Assembly (NCBI GenBank): GCA_963783375.1
Contig: CAWANH010000029.1
Coordinates: forward strand, 1,024,001 to 1,088,000
Length of the DNA stretch: 64,000 nucleotides
Direction: 5' to 3'
From: Candidatus Eiseniibacteriota bacterium
Lineage (GTDB): Bacteria; Eisenbacteria; RBG-16-71-46; JABDJR01
This document shows, in pieces, positions 50,706-60,719 of the stretch; position 1 is the stretch's first letter; each line of letters begins with the position of its first letter. The position numbers and the translations under genes were made by a program. The notes beneath the pieces are model-generated. The model made no database searches. It saw only the letters and a program-made list of their open reading frames with translations, and was not told where the DNA came from.

Positions 50706-53700
50706 CACGCGCTCTCCAGCTCGGGATTGGGGTTCCGAAGCCTGGCCAGGTAGCTGGTCCGGGGCCGGGTATCCAGGTCGGCGAGCAGGGTATAGTCCCG
50801 ATCCTGCGCCTTCAGCTTGGACACCTGGGTCTGGGGGTCGTTCACGTCGCCGAACACGATGGAGCCGGTCGGGCACACCTCCTGGCAGGCGGTCCGGATC
50901 TCCCCGTCCCGGACCGCGCGCGACTCGTTCTTGGCGTCGATCTTGACCCGGTTGATCCGCTGCACGCAGTAGGTGCACTTTTCCATCACCCCCCGCATGC
51001 GGACGGTGACGTCGGGGTTCTTCTCCATCTTCTCGACTTCGGTCATGCCCCGGTTCCAGTCGTAGTAGTTGAACCGGCGCACCTTGTAGGGGCAGTTGTT
51101 GTTGCAGTACCGGGTGCCGATGCAGCGATTGTAGGTCATGTCGTTCAGACCCTCGTCGCTGTGCGCGGTGGCCTGGACCGGACAGACGCTCTCACAGGGC
51201 GCATTCTCGCACTGCATGCAGGGAATCGGTTGGTGCACCGCCTCGGCGTTCTCCATCTCGCCCACGTAGTAGCGGTCAAGCCGGATCCAGTGCATCTCCC
51301 GGCCGCGCCGCACCTGGTCCTTGCCCACGATGGCGATGTTGTTCTCGGACTGGCAGGCGGTGGTGCAGGCGTTGCACCCGATGCAGGTGTTGAGGTCGAT
51401 GGAGAGCCCCCACTGGTGGCCCTCCTTGAAATCGTATTCGCGGTCCAGATAGAGCGAGGTGGGCCCCTTCGGGAGTTCCGCCATCTCCTTGGCGAACTCG
51501 GGGTTCTTCCGGTACTCCTCGAGGGTCCCCTCGCGCATGAGGGGACGACCGTCCATGGTGAAATGGGTCTGGGTGGAGACGAGCTCGTAGGTATCGCCGG
51601 TCCGGGCGATCGTGGCCCCCTGGACGGCGTGCGCATTGTCCGAGGCGCGGATGGTGTACGCGTTGAAGCCCGGACCCTCGCCGATCCGCCCGGCCACGGT
51701 GCGTCCGTACCCCAGGGGAAGGGTGATGCTGTGGTCGGCCTGGCCGGGGGCCACCCAGACCGCCACCGTGAGCGCGCGCCCCCCCACCTTCAGGCTCACC
51801 ATGTCTCCGGTGGCGAGCCCCAGCGCCTTGGCGGTGGCCGGGCTCACCAGAGCCGCGTTGTCCCAGACCATCTTGGTGAGGTTGTCGGGAAGTTCCTGAA
51901 GCCACCCGCTATTGGCCCAGCGGCCGTCCCAGACCCGGTGATCGGGGCGAAACACCACCTCGAGGCTCTGCGGCCCCGGCGCCGCCGCGAACTTCCGGCC
52001 GGTCCAGGCCCGGCCCACCGCGGCTCCCTCGGGAGAGGCCGGAACCTCGGCGTAGGCGGTTCCGGCCACCAGGCCGTCGTTGAGCGCCCGGCGCCACTTC
52101 GCGGTCACCCCCAGGGCCCCCCACTGCTTTCCGTAGAGCTCCTGGAGAATGTCGTGCCCGTCCTGGGCCGGTCGGTCGAGGAGGAAGGCCAGGAGCTCGA
52201 TCTCGCTCTTCCCCTCGTAGAGGGGGGCGATCAAAGGCTGCTGGATGGAAAGGGTGCCGTCCCAGGCGCGCCCGTCCCCCCAGCTTTCCAGGAAGTGGGC
52301 CTTGGGGAGGTGCCAGGATGCGGCGGAGCCGGTCTCGTCACGATAGAGTCCGAGATGGACGGCGTTCTTGACCTTGCCCATCCGCTCGGCGAACCGGAGA
52401 TCGGCGGGGGCGTTGTAGACCGGGTTCCCCCCGAGCACGAACAGCGTGTCCACCTCGCCCCGGTCCATGGCGCCGGCCAGATCGGCCAGGGAGGCGGTCT
52501 GCTCCTGCGGCTGGGGCTCCTCGGTGTACCGCACCACCGGCCCCACGTTCGAAAGCGCGGCGTTCAGCGCGTGGACCAGGGCGTGAACTTCCGCGGGCTG
52601 GCCCGACCCGGCCAGGACCACGGAGCGTCCCCGGTGGCCGGCAAGATCGGCGGCCAAGGCTCCCAGGAACTTCCGCTGGTCTTCGGTCAGGGTCTTCGAC
52701 GCCTCGGCGGTGGTCCCCGCGTCCACGCCCGCCACCGCCACCCCGCGGGACGACAGGGCGCCGGCCAGGGCCAGGGCAAACCCGGCCACCTGGACGTGGG
52801 GAAGCCGAAGACGATGGTCGGCCATGGTGCCGGTCACCGAGAACGGGCTCTCCACCACGTAAAGCCGGTTCATGGTGTCCTTCTCCGAGGCCACCCGCCG
52901 CCGCGACGCGAAATCGCGGGCGTGACGCACCGAGTTGGGCTCGGTGTAGAGGAAGTCCGAATCGAGGGAGAGAACGACGTCGGCCTGATCGAGCTGGAGC
53001 TGGGTGCGAAGCGGCCGTCCGAAAGCGATCCGGGAGCCCTCGATCGGCGCATCGCGGTTCACCGGTTCGTAGACGTGCCACCGGGCCTTGGGATAGGCCC
53101 GCGCGACCTCGTCCGCCAGCGCGGCCACCGACGGAGAGCTCGTGCTCTCCATGAGGAAGCGGAGGCGGGCGCCGCCGTCGGCCCGGTGCCGGGCCAGTTC
53201 GGGCCGGACCCACGCCGCGAAGTCCTGCCAGGTCCTCTGATTCGGCCCCTGGAAAAGGTGCTGGGAGCGGTCGGGGTCGTAGAGCTCCAATGTCGCGGCC
53301 TGGGCCCACACGTGGGTGGCCCCGAGGCTCGACGGATGGTCCGGGTTCCCCTCGATCTTGGTGGGCCGGCCCTCGTTGCTGGTGACCAGGATCCCCTCGG
53401 CCACCCCCCGGAAATTCATCACGCTCGCGTACTGCTGGGGGACCCCGGGAAGCAGGTCCTCGGGCATCCGGCTGTAGGGAAGAATCCTGGCCAGCGGACG
53501 GCGACAACCCACCAGGCCGGAGAGCGCCACCGCCGCTCCCATGAGGCCCATGAACTTCCGCCGCGAGACCGGATCGCTCACCTCATCTAGCATGGAGGGA
53601 AACTTCCGGGCCACGAGCTTCTGGAACTCCGGCGTGTCGGCCGCCTCTTCGAGGCTCCGCCAGTAGGTCCTCCCGCTGATGTCCGGCCCGGCGTGGGTGG

Positions 53701-53713
53701 AGGATTCGCTCAT
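50705..53713 (-). CDS. actB: Alternative complex III subunit ActB (molybdopterin-oxidoreductase-like + Fe-S)
   Basis: YWRSLEE, Tat motif [51 protein letters not shown]. Confidence 0.93.
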   Translation of the reverse strand: MSESSTHAGPDISGRTYWRSLEEAADTPEFQKLVARKFPSMLDEVSDPVSRRKFMGLMGAAVALSGLVGCRRPLARILPYSRMPEDLLPGVPQQYASVMNFRGVAEGILVTSNEGRPTKIEGNPDHPSSLGATHVWAQAATLELYDPDRSQHLFQGPNQRTWQDFAAWVRPELARHRADGGARLRFLMESTSSPSVAALADEVARAYPKARWHVYEPVNRDAPIEGSRIAFGRPLRTQLQLDQADVVLSLDSDFLYTEPNSVRHARDFASRRRVASEKDTMNRLYVVESPFSVTGTMADHRLRLPHVQVAGFALALAGALSSRGVAVAGVDAGTTAEASKTLTEDQRKFLGALAADLAGHRGRSVVLAGSGQPAEVHALVHALNAALSNVGPVVRYTEEPQPQEQTASLADLAGAMDRGEVDTLFVLGGNPVYNAPADLRFAERMGKVKNAVHLGLYRDETGSAASWHLPKAHFLESWGDGRAWDGTLSIQQPLIAPLYEGKSEIELLAFLLDRPAQDGHDILQELYGKQWGALGVTAKWRRALNDGLVAGTAYAEVPASPEGAAVGRAWTGRKFAAAPGPQSLEVVFRPDHRVWDGRWANSGWLQELPDNLTKMVWDNAALVSPATAKALGLATGDMVSLKVGGRALTVAVWVAPGQADHSITLPLGYGRTVAGRIGEGPGFNAYTIRASDNAHAVQGATIARTGDTYELVSTQTHFTMDGRPLMREGTLEEYRKNPEFAKEMAELPKGPTSLYLDREYDFKEGHQWGLSIDLNTCIGCNACTTACQSENNIAIVGKDQVRRGREMHWIRLDRYYVGEMENAEAVHQPIPCMQCENAPCESVCPVQATAHSDEGLNDMTYNRCIGTRYCNNNCPYKVRRFNYYDWNRGMTEVEKMEKNPDVTVRMRGVMEKCTYCVQRINRVKIDAKNESRAVRDGEIRTACQEVCPTGSIVFGDVNDPQTQVSKLKAQDRDYTLLADLDTRPRTSYLARLRNPNPELESA

Positions 53714-54351
53714 CGGTGACACCCCGAGCAGTTGGTGGTCGGATTGATGTTGTTGGCCTTCTTGAGTTTCATCCCCAGGGTGAGCTGGTCCCCCGGCGGT
53801 TGGTAGCCCATGGTGGTTACCTGGTCCTTGGGCCGGAGGAACTTCTCGGGATGGCGGTGGCAATCGAGGCACCAGGCCATGTTGAGGGGCTTGGCCTGGA
53901 ACACCCGCTCCATCTGGTCGATCCGACCGTGGCAGCTTTCGCAACCCACTCCCGAGTTCACGTGGATGCTGTGGTTGAAGTAGACGAAGTCGGGGGAATG
54001 GTGGACGCGGACCCACTCCACCGGCATCCCGGTGGCAAAGCTCTCCCGCACCGGCAAGAGCTTCTCGCTCTCGGGCTTGATCAGCTTGTGGCAGTTCATG
54101 CAGGTCTGGGTGGCGGGAACCATGGCCACCGGCGAGCGCTCGACCCCCACGTGGCAGTACCGGCAGTCCATGCCGAGGTCGCCGGCGTGAAGCTTGTGAC
54201 TGTAGGGGACGGGCTGCTCCGGCGAGTACCCCACCTGGGTGGTGTAGGGCGAGAGGTTGTAGGTGGCGAATGCGATGACCCCCACGAAGAGCAGGGTTCC
54301 CACCGCTCCGGCCCAAAAGGGCGCCCGATTGGACCACTTGGGAAACAACAT
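53710..54351 (-). CDS. actA: Alternative complex III pentaheme cytochrome c ActA
   Basis: Five CxxCH motifs (CRYCH, CMNCH, CESCH, CLDCH, CSGCH); PEQPVPYSH. Confidence 0.93.
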   Translation of the reverse strand: MLFPKWSNRAPFWAGAVGTLLFVGVIAFATYNLSPYTTQVGYSPEQPVPYSHKLHAGDLGMDCRYCHVGVERSPVAMVPATQTCMNCHKLIKPESEKLLPVRESFATGMPVEWVRVHHSPDFVYFNHSIHVNSGVGCESCHGRIDQMERVFQAKPLNMAWCLDCHRHPEKFLRPKDQVTTMGYQPPGDQLTLGMKLKKANNINPTTNCSGCHR

Positions 54352-54813
54352 GGTCTGTTTCCGTCCTCCTCGCCCGCCTCGAGACGCAGCCCGCGGTTCA
54401 ACCGCCGCCCCACGCCCCGCCGGGCCCGTTTGATAGCGGAGCAACCTCAGGTTTCGATGCGGTCCCGGGAAGGCGCCCTGGAACCGCGGAGTCGGCTCCC
54501 CACGGAAGGAAGCAGAGTCCACCCAAAGGCCGGACCGTGACAAGTGAGTCCGAAGGCCGCGAGTCCGGCACCCGGGCGAGCCACCTGATATCCGACAAGG
54601 GCGGTCCTGTTTGAGATCAAACCAACCCGTTTCGGCCTTCCCGGGAGCCCCGCGATCCGGGGATCAAGGTGCTGCCCACTTTCGAAGATGACAAAGATTG
54701 GATAACCGTCATCTACGTCTTTGCCGTCTTTCGCCCGTAAGCGCTTGTCCGAGCGGAAGTAATCCTTGTTCGAACCAACGTGCGGGAGGGCCGTTAACGG
54801 GAACCAGTCGACG

Positions 54814-54865
54814 ATCTTACTCATCCCGCCCGGGTCTGTCAGCAACTTTGTGACGAAATTCACAA
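54814..54865 (-). promoter_or_regulatory. Putative promoter with adjacent Rex/CRP-like operator upstream of the act-cta operon
   Basis: Palindrome TTGTGACGAAATTCACAA at 54848-54865; CTGACA-17nt-TAAGAT at 54842-54814. Confidence 0.6.
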
Positions 54866-55225
54866 GTGAGACTGTCCCTCTCCGGAGCCGCCCTCGGGGG
54901 TGTAGCGGTCGAGCATGAGCCCCAGCACCCCGAGGCCCGCGGTGAAGGATCCCAGGAAGAGGAGCGGGAGGTCGGGCCAGAACATGTGGGTCTGGAAGAA
55001 GTGTGGGAGGAAGCGGGCCAGGTAGAGGAGACCGAGCCCGGACAGGATGATCTGGGCCCAGGCCGTCCGGCGCTCGGTCAGCACCGCCAGGACCATCAAC
55101 ACCACCCCGCCGGCGAGGCCGGCGATCAGGGAGCGCTCACTCCCCCACCGGGTGTAGGCCAGGATTCCTCCGGCGATCGAGACCAGCGCCAGGAGCGATC
55201 CCATCACCGCGGCCGCTCGCGTCAT
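54860..55225 (-). CDS. TMEM14-family small membrane protein
   Basis: GGILAY..GSERSLIAG; four hydrophobic segments. Confidence 0.7.
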   Translation of the reverse strand: MTRAAAVMGSLLALVSIAGGILAYTRWGSERSLIAGLAGGVVLMVLAVLTERRTAWAQIILSGLGLLYLARFLPHFFQTHMFWPDLPLLFLGSFTAGLGVLGLMLDRYTPEGGSGEGQSHL

Positions 55226-55240
55226 GGTTTTCCCTCCCTC

Positions 55241-55741
55241 TCACACGCCCCAGCCGGCCAGCCTCATGATGATCCGGAGGGCGAGGTTAGCGTAGATCCC
55301 GGCCATCAGGTCGTCGGCCACCACTCCCTGGCCGCCGGGGAGGTTCTGGGCCCGACCGGCCGGAAAGGGCTTCACCACATCCAGGATCCGGAACAGAACG
55401 AACCCGGTGAGGAGCACCGCCACCTTGGTCCCGAGGTCGGGAGCCAAACCGATCCCCAGAAACGTCACCAGCATCCCCGCCACCTCGTCGATCACGATGG
55501 CCCTGGCGTCGTGGCCGTAGAACCGCTCGGCCCGGGTACTGACCAGGACGCCCACCCAGGTCACCCCGGCCAACAGCGCCACCTGCCCCCAGATCGGCCA
55601 GCCGAGGATCCAGAGCAGGAAAGGGATCGTCGCCAGCGATCCGAAGGTGGCCGGAGCGAAGGGGGCGGCCTCTCCGATCAGGAGGAAGGTGGCGGCGAGC
55701 CGGATTCCCATCGGGGTGCCGGAGGCGGGCGAACGCTTCAT
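55241..55741 (-). CDS. pgpA: Phosphatidylglycerophosphatase A
   Basis: APATFGSL, HDARAIVIDEVAG, FRILDVVKPFP, GVVADDLMAG. Confidence 0.92.
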   Translation of the reverse strand: MKRSPASGTPMGIRLAATFLLIGEAAPFAPATFGSLATIPFLLWILGWPIWGQVALLAGVTWVGVLVSTRAERFYGHDARAIVIDEVAGMLVTFLGIGLAPDLGTKVAVLLTGFVLFRILDVVKPFPAGRAQNLPGGQGVVADDLMAGIYANLALRIIMRLAGWGV

Positions 55742-56131
55742 GCCCGGCCTCGACCGACGGCAGCGGTCCGGCCGGTGGGCCAGGCATCGGCCCGGCCCTC
55801 TCTGCCGCTTCTGGGTACACGGTTCGCGACCGGAGCCCGGGATTCTTCTCTCATCGGGCGCGAACTGTAGCACGCCTTTGCCCCGATCGCCTCCCCCTTT
55901 CCCCACTACCATGCCAACTTGCGGTATCCGGCCCGGTTCCCGGGAAAGGCTACCACGTCCAACCGGGATGGGATCGGCGGCCGGCGTCGGTCCCAACTCA
56001 TGCCGGATGCGTCTATAGTTGTTTTTGATACAACATGGCGCCAAATTTCCGGATGAACGTTCATGGGCGCCCCTCCCCGTGCCGATGATCGAAGGGGAGA
56101 CGGGCCGTCGGCCAACTGGAAGGAAGCCTCC

Positions 56132-57079
56132 ATGCTGATGCAGGACTCGCAGAAACTGACCCGGAATGCCCCGGTGTTCGGGCCGGTCGATCTTCCCGAA
56201 GAGGTCGCGCTGGAGCGGCACAGCTGGCGTAACTGGATCCTGGTCACGGCCATTCTCTTCGTGACCACCACGGGGCTGGCGGCGGCCATCCTGAGCCTGC
56301 TCGAGGACCGGGGCTACAGCCCCTGGCCCTGGTCTCACAGCGACGCCGCGCTCCTGGGCGCCCTGGTGGCGGTGGAGCTCCTGTTCATCGGGTACCTCAC
56401 CGTCCAGGAGAAGCGGGTGATGGGGATGAGGAGTCATCTGGCGCGACTCCAGAAAGAGACCATCGAGCGGATGGAGGCCCACTACCGGCGCCTCGACGAC
56501 ATCCTGAAGGTGACCCGGACCACCGGCGCCACCACCGACCCTCAGGAGGTGTTCGACGTCATCACCCGGACTTGCGCCGAGACCTTCCGCTGCGACCAGG
56601 TCTCGTTCATGCTCTTCGACGCGAAGAGTGGGATGCTGGAGGTGCGGTCCGCCACCGGTCACGAGAACCTGGGCCAGGTCCTTGGGGCCCGCCAGCAACT
56701 GGGACAGGGAGTGGCGGGATGGGTGGCCGAGGCCCGCGAACCCCTCATCCTCGGGCCCCACGTCGACCCCGCCCGCTTCCGGAACCTCCAGAGCAAAGTG
56801 GCTACCCTCTCCGCGGCCATGGTGGTGCCGATCGTCCTCCGGGACGAGTTGCTCGGAGTGCTGAGCGCGAGCAGCCGGGTCGAGGGGATGCGCTACGACA
56901 AGAACGACCTTCGCGCGCTGGAGGTCTTCGCCGAGACCGCGGGGATCAGCGTTCGCCACGCCCAGCAGAGCGAGTGGATGCGGGAGACCATCCGGAAGCT
57001 CGACGCCGCCCTCCAGGAGCAGGAGATTCACCTGGGGCTCGGAAGACGGGCCCGGGAGGAAATCGCGCCGGCCGCGTGA
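56132..57079 (+). CDS. Membrane protein with two TMs and a GAF domain; start may be 56063
   Basis: Two hydrophobic helices, coiled coil, GQGVAGWVA..EPL, SAAMVVPI..ELLGVL. Confidence 0.78.
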   Translation: MLMQDSQKLTRNAPVFGPVDLPEEVALERHSWRNWILVTAILFVTTTGLAAAILSLLEDRGYSPWPWSHSDAALLGALVAVELLFIGYLTVQEKRVMGMRSHLARLQKETIERMEAHYRRLDDILKVTRTTGATTDPQEVFDVITRTCAETFRCDQVSFMLFDAKSGMLEVRSATGHENLGQVLGARQQLGQGVAGWVAEAREPLILGPHVDPARFRNLQSKVATLSAAMVVPIVLRDELLGVLSASSRVEGMRYDKNDLRALEVFAETAGISVRHAQQSEWMRETIRKLDAALQEQEIHLGLGRRAREEIAPAA

Positions 57080-57124
57080 CCGGGGCGGCGACCCGTCCGA
57101 GGCGAGGCCGGCGCCCGGGACCGG

Positions 57125-57736
57125 CTAGTCCCCCTCCTCCATCGGCTTCCGCCCGGAGAGCGCGCGGGATAGGGTGGCCTGGTCCGAGTACTCCAGGTCG
57201 CCTCCCATGGGAATGCCGCGGGCGATGCGGGTCACCCCCACCGGGTAGGGCTTGAGAAGATCGGCCAGGAAGTGCGCGGTGGCCTCGCCGGGGGGGTTGG
57301 GGTTGGTGGCCAGTATGACCTCGGTGACCTCTCCGTAGCGCACCCGCTCCACCAGCTCCCGGGAACGGATCTCGTCCGGACCGACGTTCTCCAGCGGGTT
57401 CAGGGCTCCCCGAAGCACGTGGTACTGCCCCCGGTAGCCGCCCGAGGCCTCGATGGCCAGGACGTCCATCGGCTGCTCGACCACGCAGATGGTGTCGCGC
57501 TGGCGGCGCTCGTCGCGGCAGATGAGGCAGGGGTCGTCCTCGGTGAAGTTCCCGCACACCGTGCAGGTGCGCACCTGCTCCTTCACCGCGCGGATGGCCT
57601 CGGCCAGGGCCAGCGCTTCCTCACGTCCCGTCTTCAGGAGATGGAAGGCCAAACGCTGGGCGCTCTTCCGCCCCACGCCGGGGAGCTTGGTCAGCTCCTC
57701 GACCAGGGTCTCGACGGATCGGCTGGAGAACTGCAT
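57125..57736 (-). CDS. recR: Recombination protein RecR
   Basis: LPGVGRKSAQRLA, C4 zinc finger, EVILATNP, RIARGIPMGGDLEY. Confidence 0.96.
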   Translation of the reverse strand: MQFSSRSVETLVEELTKLPGVGRKSAQRLAFHLLKTGREEALALAEAIRAVKEQVRTCTVCGNFTEDDPCLICRDERRQRDTICVVEQPMDVLAIEASGGYRGQYHVLRGALNPLENVGPDEIRSRELVERVRYGEVTEVILATNPNPPGEATAHFLADLLKPYPVGVTRIARGIPMGGDLEYSDQATLSRALSGRKPMEEGD

Positions 57737-57755
57737 GGGCGGGGCGCCGGCGCGC

Positions 57756-58076
57756 TCAGAAGAGGCCGGGGAGGTTCATCCCCCCGGTCACCTTGGCCAT
57801 CTCGGTCTGCATGAGGGTTTCGGCGTGGTTCCGGGCCTCGCGGATGGCCGCCAGCACCAGGTCCTCGAGCATCTCGACGTCGTCGGGGTCCACCGCCTCG
57901 GGCTTGATCTTGAGACCCAGCACCTCCTGCTTGCCGTTCATCCGCACGGTGACCATCCCGCCCCCCGCGGTCCCCTCCACTTCCCGGGCCTCCAGCTCTT
58001 CCTGGACCCGGGCCATCTTGGCCTGCATCTCCTGGGCCTGCTTCATGAGCTTGCCCATGTTGCCCATTCCCTTCAT
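57756..58076 (-). CDS. ybaB: YbaB/EbfC nucleoid-associated protein
   Basis: MKQAQEMQ, GTAGGGMV, DVEMLEDLV. Confidence 0.93.
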   Translation of the reverse strand: MKGMGNMGKLMKQAQEMQAKMARVQEELEAREVEGTAGGGMVTVRMNGKQEVLGLKIKPEAVDPDDVEMLEDLVLAAIREARNHAETLMQTEMAKVTGGMNLPGLF

Positions 58077-58146
58077 ATGCATCCGCTCCTTCGCGTGGTG
58101 ATGATGACCGAAAGCAATCCCGCCGTCCGTCCCCGGAAAACCAGTC

Positions 58147-59960
58147 CTAGGGAAGGATCTCGCCGTCGAACATGTCGAGCGCCTTCTGGAGCATCGGCTC
58201 GTCCTTGAAGATCTGACCCATGGTGCGGGTGTCCTCGGCCGCGCGCTTGGCCCGGGGCTTCTTCCCCTCCGCCGCGGGAGGGGCGGGCTCGGCCCCCGCC
58301 GCTTCGGGGGAGGCGCCCTTGGCCGGGGCACGCCGGGCGGCTTCGACCTCCGACGGGGCGACTTCGGGAGCGGCGTTCCCGGCCGGAGCGGCGGCGCGCG
58401 GCGGGCCGGGGGCACCCCGTTTCGTCCCTGGTGCGGCGGATCCCTCCAGCCGCACCGCCGGCGCGGCGCAGCCCAGATCGGCCAGGATCTCCGCCAACAG
58501 CTCCCGGGTCGTCTCCTCGGCCAGGGTGTCGGCCAGCATGCTCCCGCCCCCGGTGGCCCGGAGGATCAGGGCCCCGTCCTCGGCGGTTCCCACCGCCTCG
58601 GCGTTGTGGCAGGTGGCCCAGATGCGCTTGTTCCGCTCCTTGAGTGCCTCCATCGCGCCGGCCCAGATCCCGACGGCATCGCCTGCAGCCTTCGCGGGGG
58701 CGGCGCGCCGACTCTCACCCCCGGACCGCGAGGGGGGGGTGCCCCGGCCCTTGGCCGGGGCGCGGGGCGCCGAGGCCTCGGAGGGGCGATCGGGAGCGGC
58801 CGGAGGGGTTTTCCCCCCCAGGCGCGCCTCCAGGTCCAGGAGCCGCGCGGCGAGATCGGCCAGGGGCACCCGCGACGCGGCCTGGGCCATCTCCGCCAGG
58901 GCGAGTTCCATGGTGAGGCGCGGGTTGGGGCTCCGCCGGAGCGCCACCGTGGTGTCGGCGGCGCGCTCCACCAGATCGGTCAGGGCTTCCCGGCCGAAGG
59001 CCGCGGCCTGGGCGGTGAGACGCGGGACCTCGGTCTCCGAAGCCTCGAGTATGGAGGCCAGGGCCGGGTCGATCCGGAGCATGAGGAGGTCGCGCAGATG
59101 GCCGGCCAGCCCTTCGGCCAGCTCCCCCAGATCCGCCCCGCTGGTGTAGATGGTGTCCAGGAGGCCGAGCGCGCCCGCGGCATCGCTCGCGGCCAGGCGG
59201 TCGGCCAGGGTGAGGTAGAAGTCGGCGCCCACCAGCCCCAGGATCCGCTCCACGCTTTCCCGTTCGATCGCCCCGTCGGCGGCGGAGATGATCTGATCCA
59301 TGAGGGAGAGCGCGTCCCGCACCCCCCCGCCGCCCGCCGGGCCACCAGGGACAGGGCGTCGGGGGATGCCTCGATCCCCTCCTGCTTCATGAGCGCGGCC
59401 AGGTGGCCGGCGATCTCCCGCGAGGGGATGCGGGCGAAGTCGAAGCGCTGGCAACGGGAGAGGATGGTGGCCGGAAGCTTGAAGGGTTCGGTGGTGGCCA
59501 GGACGAAGACCACGCTGGCCGGCGGCTCTTCCAGGGTCTTGAGCAGGGCGTTGAACGCCTCGTGGGTGAGCATGTGGACTTCGTCGATGATGTAGACCTT
59601 CGACCGTCCGCCCGAGGGCGCGTAGCGGGCATTCTCGCGCAGCTCGCGCACCTCGTTGATGCCGCGGTTCGAGGCCCCGTCGATCTCCAGCACGTCCATG
59701 CTCCGGCCGCCGGTGATCTCCCGGCAGGCGTCGCATTCATTGCAGGGAACCGCGGCCGGGCCCTTCTCGCAGTTCAGGGCCTTGGCCAGGATGCGGGCGG
59801 CGGTGGTCTTTCCCACTCCGCGAGGCCCGCAGAAGAGATAGGCGTGGGCCACCCGCCCCGCGGCGATGGCGTTTCCCAGGGTGCGGGTCACGTGCTCCTG
59901 GCCCACCACGTCCTCGAACACCTGGGGGCGGTACTTTCGCGCCAGGACGAGATAGGACAT
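58147..59960 (-). CDS. dnaX: DNA polymerase III subunit gamma/tau (one frameshift at a G7 run, 59322-59328)
   Basis: [42 protein letters not shown]; continues [10 protein letters not shown] in a shifted frame. Confidence 0.93.
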
Positions 59961-60018
59961 GGGTTCCCTCCGCGTTCGGGGGCGGCGGACGGGTCGGGCC
60001 GCCGCTCCGGAAGAAAAA

Positions 60019-60290
60019 GGGTCGTGCACCTGCTTTTCGACCAACACCGGGCGCCGACTACGAACGGCCAGCTCCGGCCAGGGACTCCGACGGCACACCG
60101 AGGGAATTGCTTACCGCTGCTACCTTCCGGTCCTGACGGGGTTCACAAGCCTCGATTGCGCCGGACCTGGCCCTCAACACCGCCATCTTCCGTAGTCCGC
60201 ACGCCAGATGCAGGCCTCGAGCAGGAATTCAGCCCCGCTATAGCGGATTGCGGGTACAGGGCACCGCTAACTCCCCGCCTAGCACGACCC
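60019..60290 (-). ncRNA. ffs: Signal recognition particle RNA, large (Alu-containing) bacterial type
   Basis: Conserved GTCAGGACCGGAAGGTAGCAGC core; 5' GGGTCGTGC pairs with 3' GCACGACCC; upstream of dnaX. Confidence 0.92.
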
Positions 60291-60408
60291 AGAACGATTC
60301 AGGCACGGTTCCGGCCGGGACGATTCCCCGGCGGAGCCGCCCGGATCCAACGGCGGGCCGACCCCGGCCGCCTCTTCCGGACCGCCGCCGCGGGCCTGAT
60401 CGGGATCC

Positions 60409-60484
60409 TGGTGGAGATGAGCGGGATCGAACCGCCGACCTCCTCGTTGCGAACGAGGCGCTCTCCCATCTGAGCTACATCCCC
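60409..60484 (-). tRNA. tRNA-Ala (anticodon CGC)
   Basis: GGGGATGTAGCTCAG...CCTCG-TTCGCAA-CGAGG...GTTCGATCC...CTCCACCA; 76 nt. Confidence 0.96.
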
Positions 60485-60719
60485 AATTCCGAGCGCCCCC
60501 CCGATGGGGGGCGGGAGCCGGATATTCTGGCACACCGCCGAGTCTTCGGGCAAGAGCCGGGGCGGCGCGGGGCGCCCCTGGGCGCGGCGATCGGGGCTTC
60601 CGGCGCAGGCTCCCGGCCCGGACCGAGCCCTGCACGCCGGGCCCGGGCGCATTTACGGCTTGCCGGAAGTCGACGAAGCGGAAACCATTGGGCCCCGTGA
60701 ACGAGACTGGAGCGTCCTC

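Noticed and set aside
54447-54863. 138-aa ORF upstream of actA
   Set aside because: Atypical codon usage, no motif, and it overlaps the predicted operator and promoter; more likely non-coding leader.
59315-59340. Programmed gamma/tau frameshift in dnaX
   Set aside because: The break is a G7 run that needs G8, inside the clamp-loader core (GGVRDALS). Real gamma/tau recoding occurs after domain III, so this is most likely a homopolymer sequencing error.
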